Origin: the human T2T-CHM13v2.0 reference genome, Homo sapiens
Assembly: GCF_009914755.1 (NCBI RefSeq)
Contig: NC_060934.1
Length of the DNA stretch: 64,000 bases
Direction: 5' to 3' (one strand)
Of the stretch, positions 60,630-64,000 are shown one piece after another. The notes under the pieces were generated by a model. That model was not told the DNA's origin and made no database searches. It worked only from the letters and a program-made list of their open reading frames with translations. A program made the translations under genes and the position numbers. Positions within the stretch are counted from its first letter, which is position 1. Every line of letters begins with the position of its first letter.

Positions 60630-61284
60630 AAAAAGTTTAAGCTCACAGGGTTTAAAATTTTACAGAAAAATGGGTGAGGGAGACAACAATAAAGAATTCA
60701 AGGTAATTAATTATATGCTGACAGGTACACATGATAATTAATCCAGGAATCCAAAGAAGGCTGTGGACTAGGGTGGTGGTTTACAGAGGACCATGGTCCT
60801 GCATAGAGCTCTGCAGAAAAGAAATCCAGATGTTGAGAGGAAGAGGTGGTGCATCAGATCTAGGACTCCAACTCTAGTGTCCCATGTCCCAGATGACCCA
60901 GTATGCATCCATTGTAACACACCTCCCCTACACCAAGTCCTCAAGTGATGTGTGTTCATTTCTGTTACTCTCTCAAAATTTTCCAAAAGTTGCCTTTCAA
61001 TATCTGAATTTATAATTTTAGGTTTACTTAGAAGACTAAATGTAGCTGGGGTTTGTTTTCATTTGTTTTTTATCAGTATAGCAGGACAGTTAATACAGTT
61101 TCTAGCATAAGACAAATCTATGCTTAAATTCCAGCACTGCCATTATTGATTTTATGGCTTTAAGTAACATTTTACCTGTAAAGTATGTAGTAGATGTCCT
61201 GGAATATAATAAAAACTCAATAAATGTTAGCTATTGTTAAAGAACATATTCATCCTCTCCCATATTTTCACCTAAGTTGGGCAA

Positions 61285-61460
61285 TACAGCATAGTAGTTA
61301 AGATGGTTAGGAGCACAGACTATGGAGCCCTTGGCTCTGCCAATTACTAGCTGTTTGAGCTTGGGCAAATTACTTACTCTCTGTGTCTCATGTTCCCTAT
61401 CTGCAAATACATTTGTTGTGAGGATTAAATGAGATATTGTACATAAAGTACTTTTGCTAA
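61285..61460 (+). mobile_element. MIR SINE
   Basis: ggttaggagcacagactatggagc...ttgggcaaattacttac...gttgtgaggattaaatgagat. Confidence 0.7.
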
Positions 61461-62669
61461 TAAAAATAAATTCATAAGGTAGGAGTTTCCATCTACTGAG
61501 AAGTATTGGGGAGATAATTTTGTTTTTTTCCCCATGGATGGGAATGGGACAGTGACTGCATATGACTATAGTAAGGTCATGGTGGTGGTGAGGAGAGCAG
61601 AGAGGGCATAGAGGAGGGAGAAATGGGCATGCAAAGCAACTGCCCCAAGTCTTTTATCAATTTGCTTCCAAAATCGCTATCAAGAGGTTCTGCTTCAACT
61701 GGCCAGTAACTCATACTGCTTATGAGTTAGAATCCTAACCAATATTACATCCTAGGGCAGTGTTCTATTTTACAACGAGATTAAACTATGCATAGTGTTC
61801 TCTATCTTGATTTCTTTATTTGATAACTCCCTCACACAAGTCTTACCTTGCTTTCTAGATTTCAGATTGGCTAGGAGGTGGATGCCAGTTTCTCCTAGTG
61901 TCCCTGCTCCTGTCCACCTCCAGGTGACAGAATGTTTAAGAAGAATTTATATTATTTAATCCATGCTAGGATAGTAAACTGCCCACAACTAGTTCTCAGT
62001 TAGACAGAAGAATGAAAGGTACCATTCTTCCAACATTCTTCCAGTCATTCTTCTTATTCACAGACATTTGGTATCCAGTAGCCAAATCTTCCCATTAAAT
62101 ATTTTGAGAGCATTTTAAATAGCTTTTTTTTTCTGTTGCATTTTTCTCTACTTGCCATCTCTCTGTTATCTACTGATACAAGGCCTAAGAGACCAGTATC
62201 AGCACCATTACCTTCAATCAGAGCCAAAACCTTATATCTGGAATCAAGGGAACCACTGAGATTTCAGCCAGTAATCTGTCCATAGGCACAGCCAATGATC
62301 AGAGCCAGAAATCATGAAGTAAGCTAAGTTAATATCTAAGATGTGAGCCAAGAGCCATAAAACAACATTGGCAGAGGAGAGGTGAGGAAGGGAAATGGGT
62401 GTCAAATGTAAGCCAAAGAAGTTACAAACACCTCATATAACCAGAACCACCCAGAGACCATTGCAAAACTAAACTATTAGTCCTGCTTTAGGCACACTCT
62501 CCTTAAACACTGTTAACCAATGGCTGGTCCCTGAGAAGCAGTTAGTCTGAAAGAAAACAAGGATAGTACTAAAGCCTTCTTTGTTCTGTGGCTCCCATTC
62601 ACCTATTTTCTACTTTCCCTTGTCATGGTGTGCATTTCTAGTGTGAGCCTAGATGTGAGCCCTTCCTTC

Positions 62670-62790
62670 TGGAACAAGTCACTGAAGCCCTATGAACCTC
62701 AGTTAGTTCATCTACATGATGATGATAGTAATTCTTACCTTCATAAGTTTGTTTTAGGAGTTATATGAGAATATATGTGAAAATCTTAAA
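62670..62790 (+). mobile_element. MIR fragment
   Basis: acaagtcact...cctcagttagttcatctacatgatgatgatagtaat...gttttaggagttatatgaga. Confidence 0.55.
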
Positions 62791-62849
62791 GATTTGACAA
62801 AATAAAAATAAATTTTTTGGAAGAAAAGTTAAAAAAGATAAACATAAGA

Positions 62850-63850
<1,001 letters not shown>

Positions 63851-64000
63851 CTGCCATGTACCTCCTAGCCAATCTGAAATCTAACAAAGAAGTAAGATTT
63901 GTGTGAGGGAGTAATCATCAAATAAAGAAAGCAAGATACAGAACACTATGCATAGTTTAATCCTCTTATAAAATAAAACACTACCTTATAATGTAATATT

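Overview
AT-rich primate (human-like) genomic DNA made up almost entirely of interspersed repeats. I found no intact protein-coding exon, RNA gene, CRISPR array or CpG-island promoter. The only cellular-gene-derived sequences are two disabled processed pseudogenes, each inserted inside an L1: an ARL5A retrocopy (minus, ~10757-13843, carrying two Alus) and an RPL7 retrocopy (plus, 47237-47996). The rest is deeply nested retroelement sequence: near/full-length old L1s (L1MA2-like 21.4-30.9 kb; L1PA17-like 40.8-48.8 kb), two L1s that keep both termini and TSDs but have lost large internal blocks at microhomologies (2355-7230; 59883-60629), a solo LTR13 with a perfect 6-bp TSD, a Tigger3-type element with TIRs and TA TSD, 13 Alus or Alu pieces, and MER58, MLT1, MIR and L2 fragments. 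The most unusual observations are structural: the mini-L1, two short segments apparently copied from DNA 1.6-1.9 kb away, a three-level nested insertion with readable TSDs, a possible cap-derived G on the RPL7 retrocopy and a doubly truncated AluY-Tigger1 junction. I see no convincing evidence of a new functional biological system. Repeat subfamily names come from recalled consensus motifs and need RepeatMasker/Dfam confirmation.
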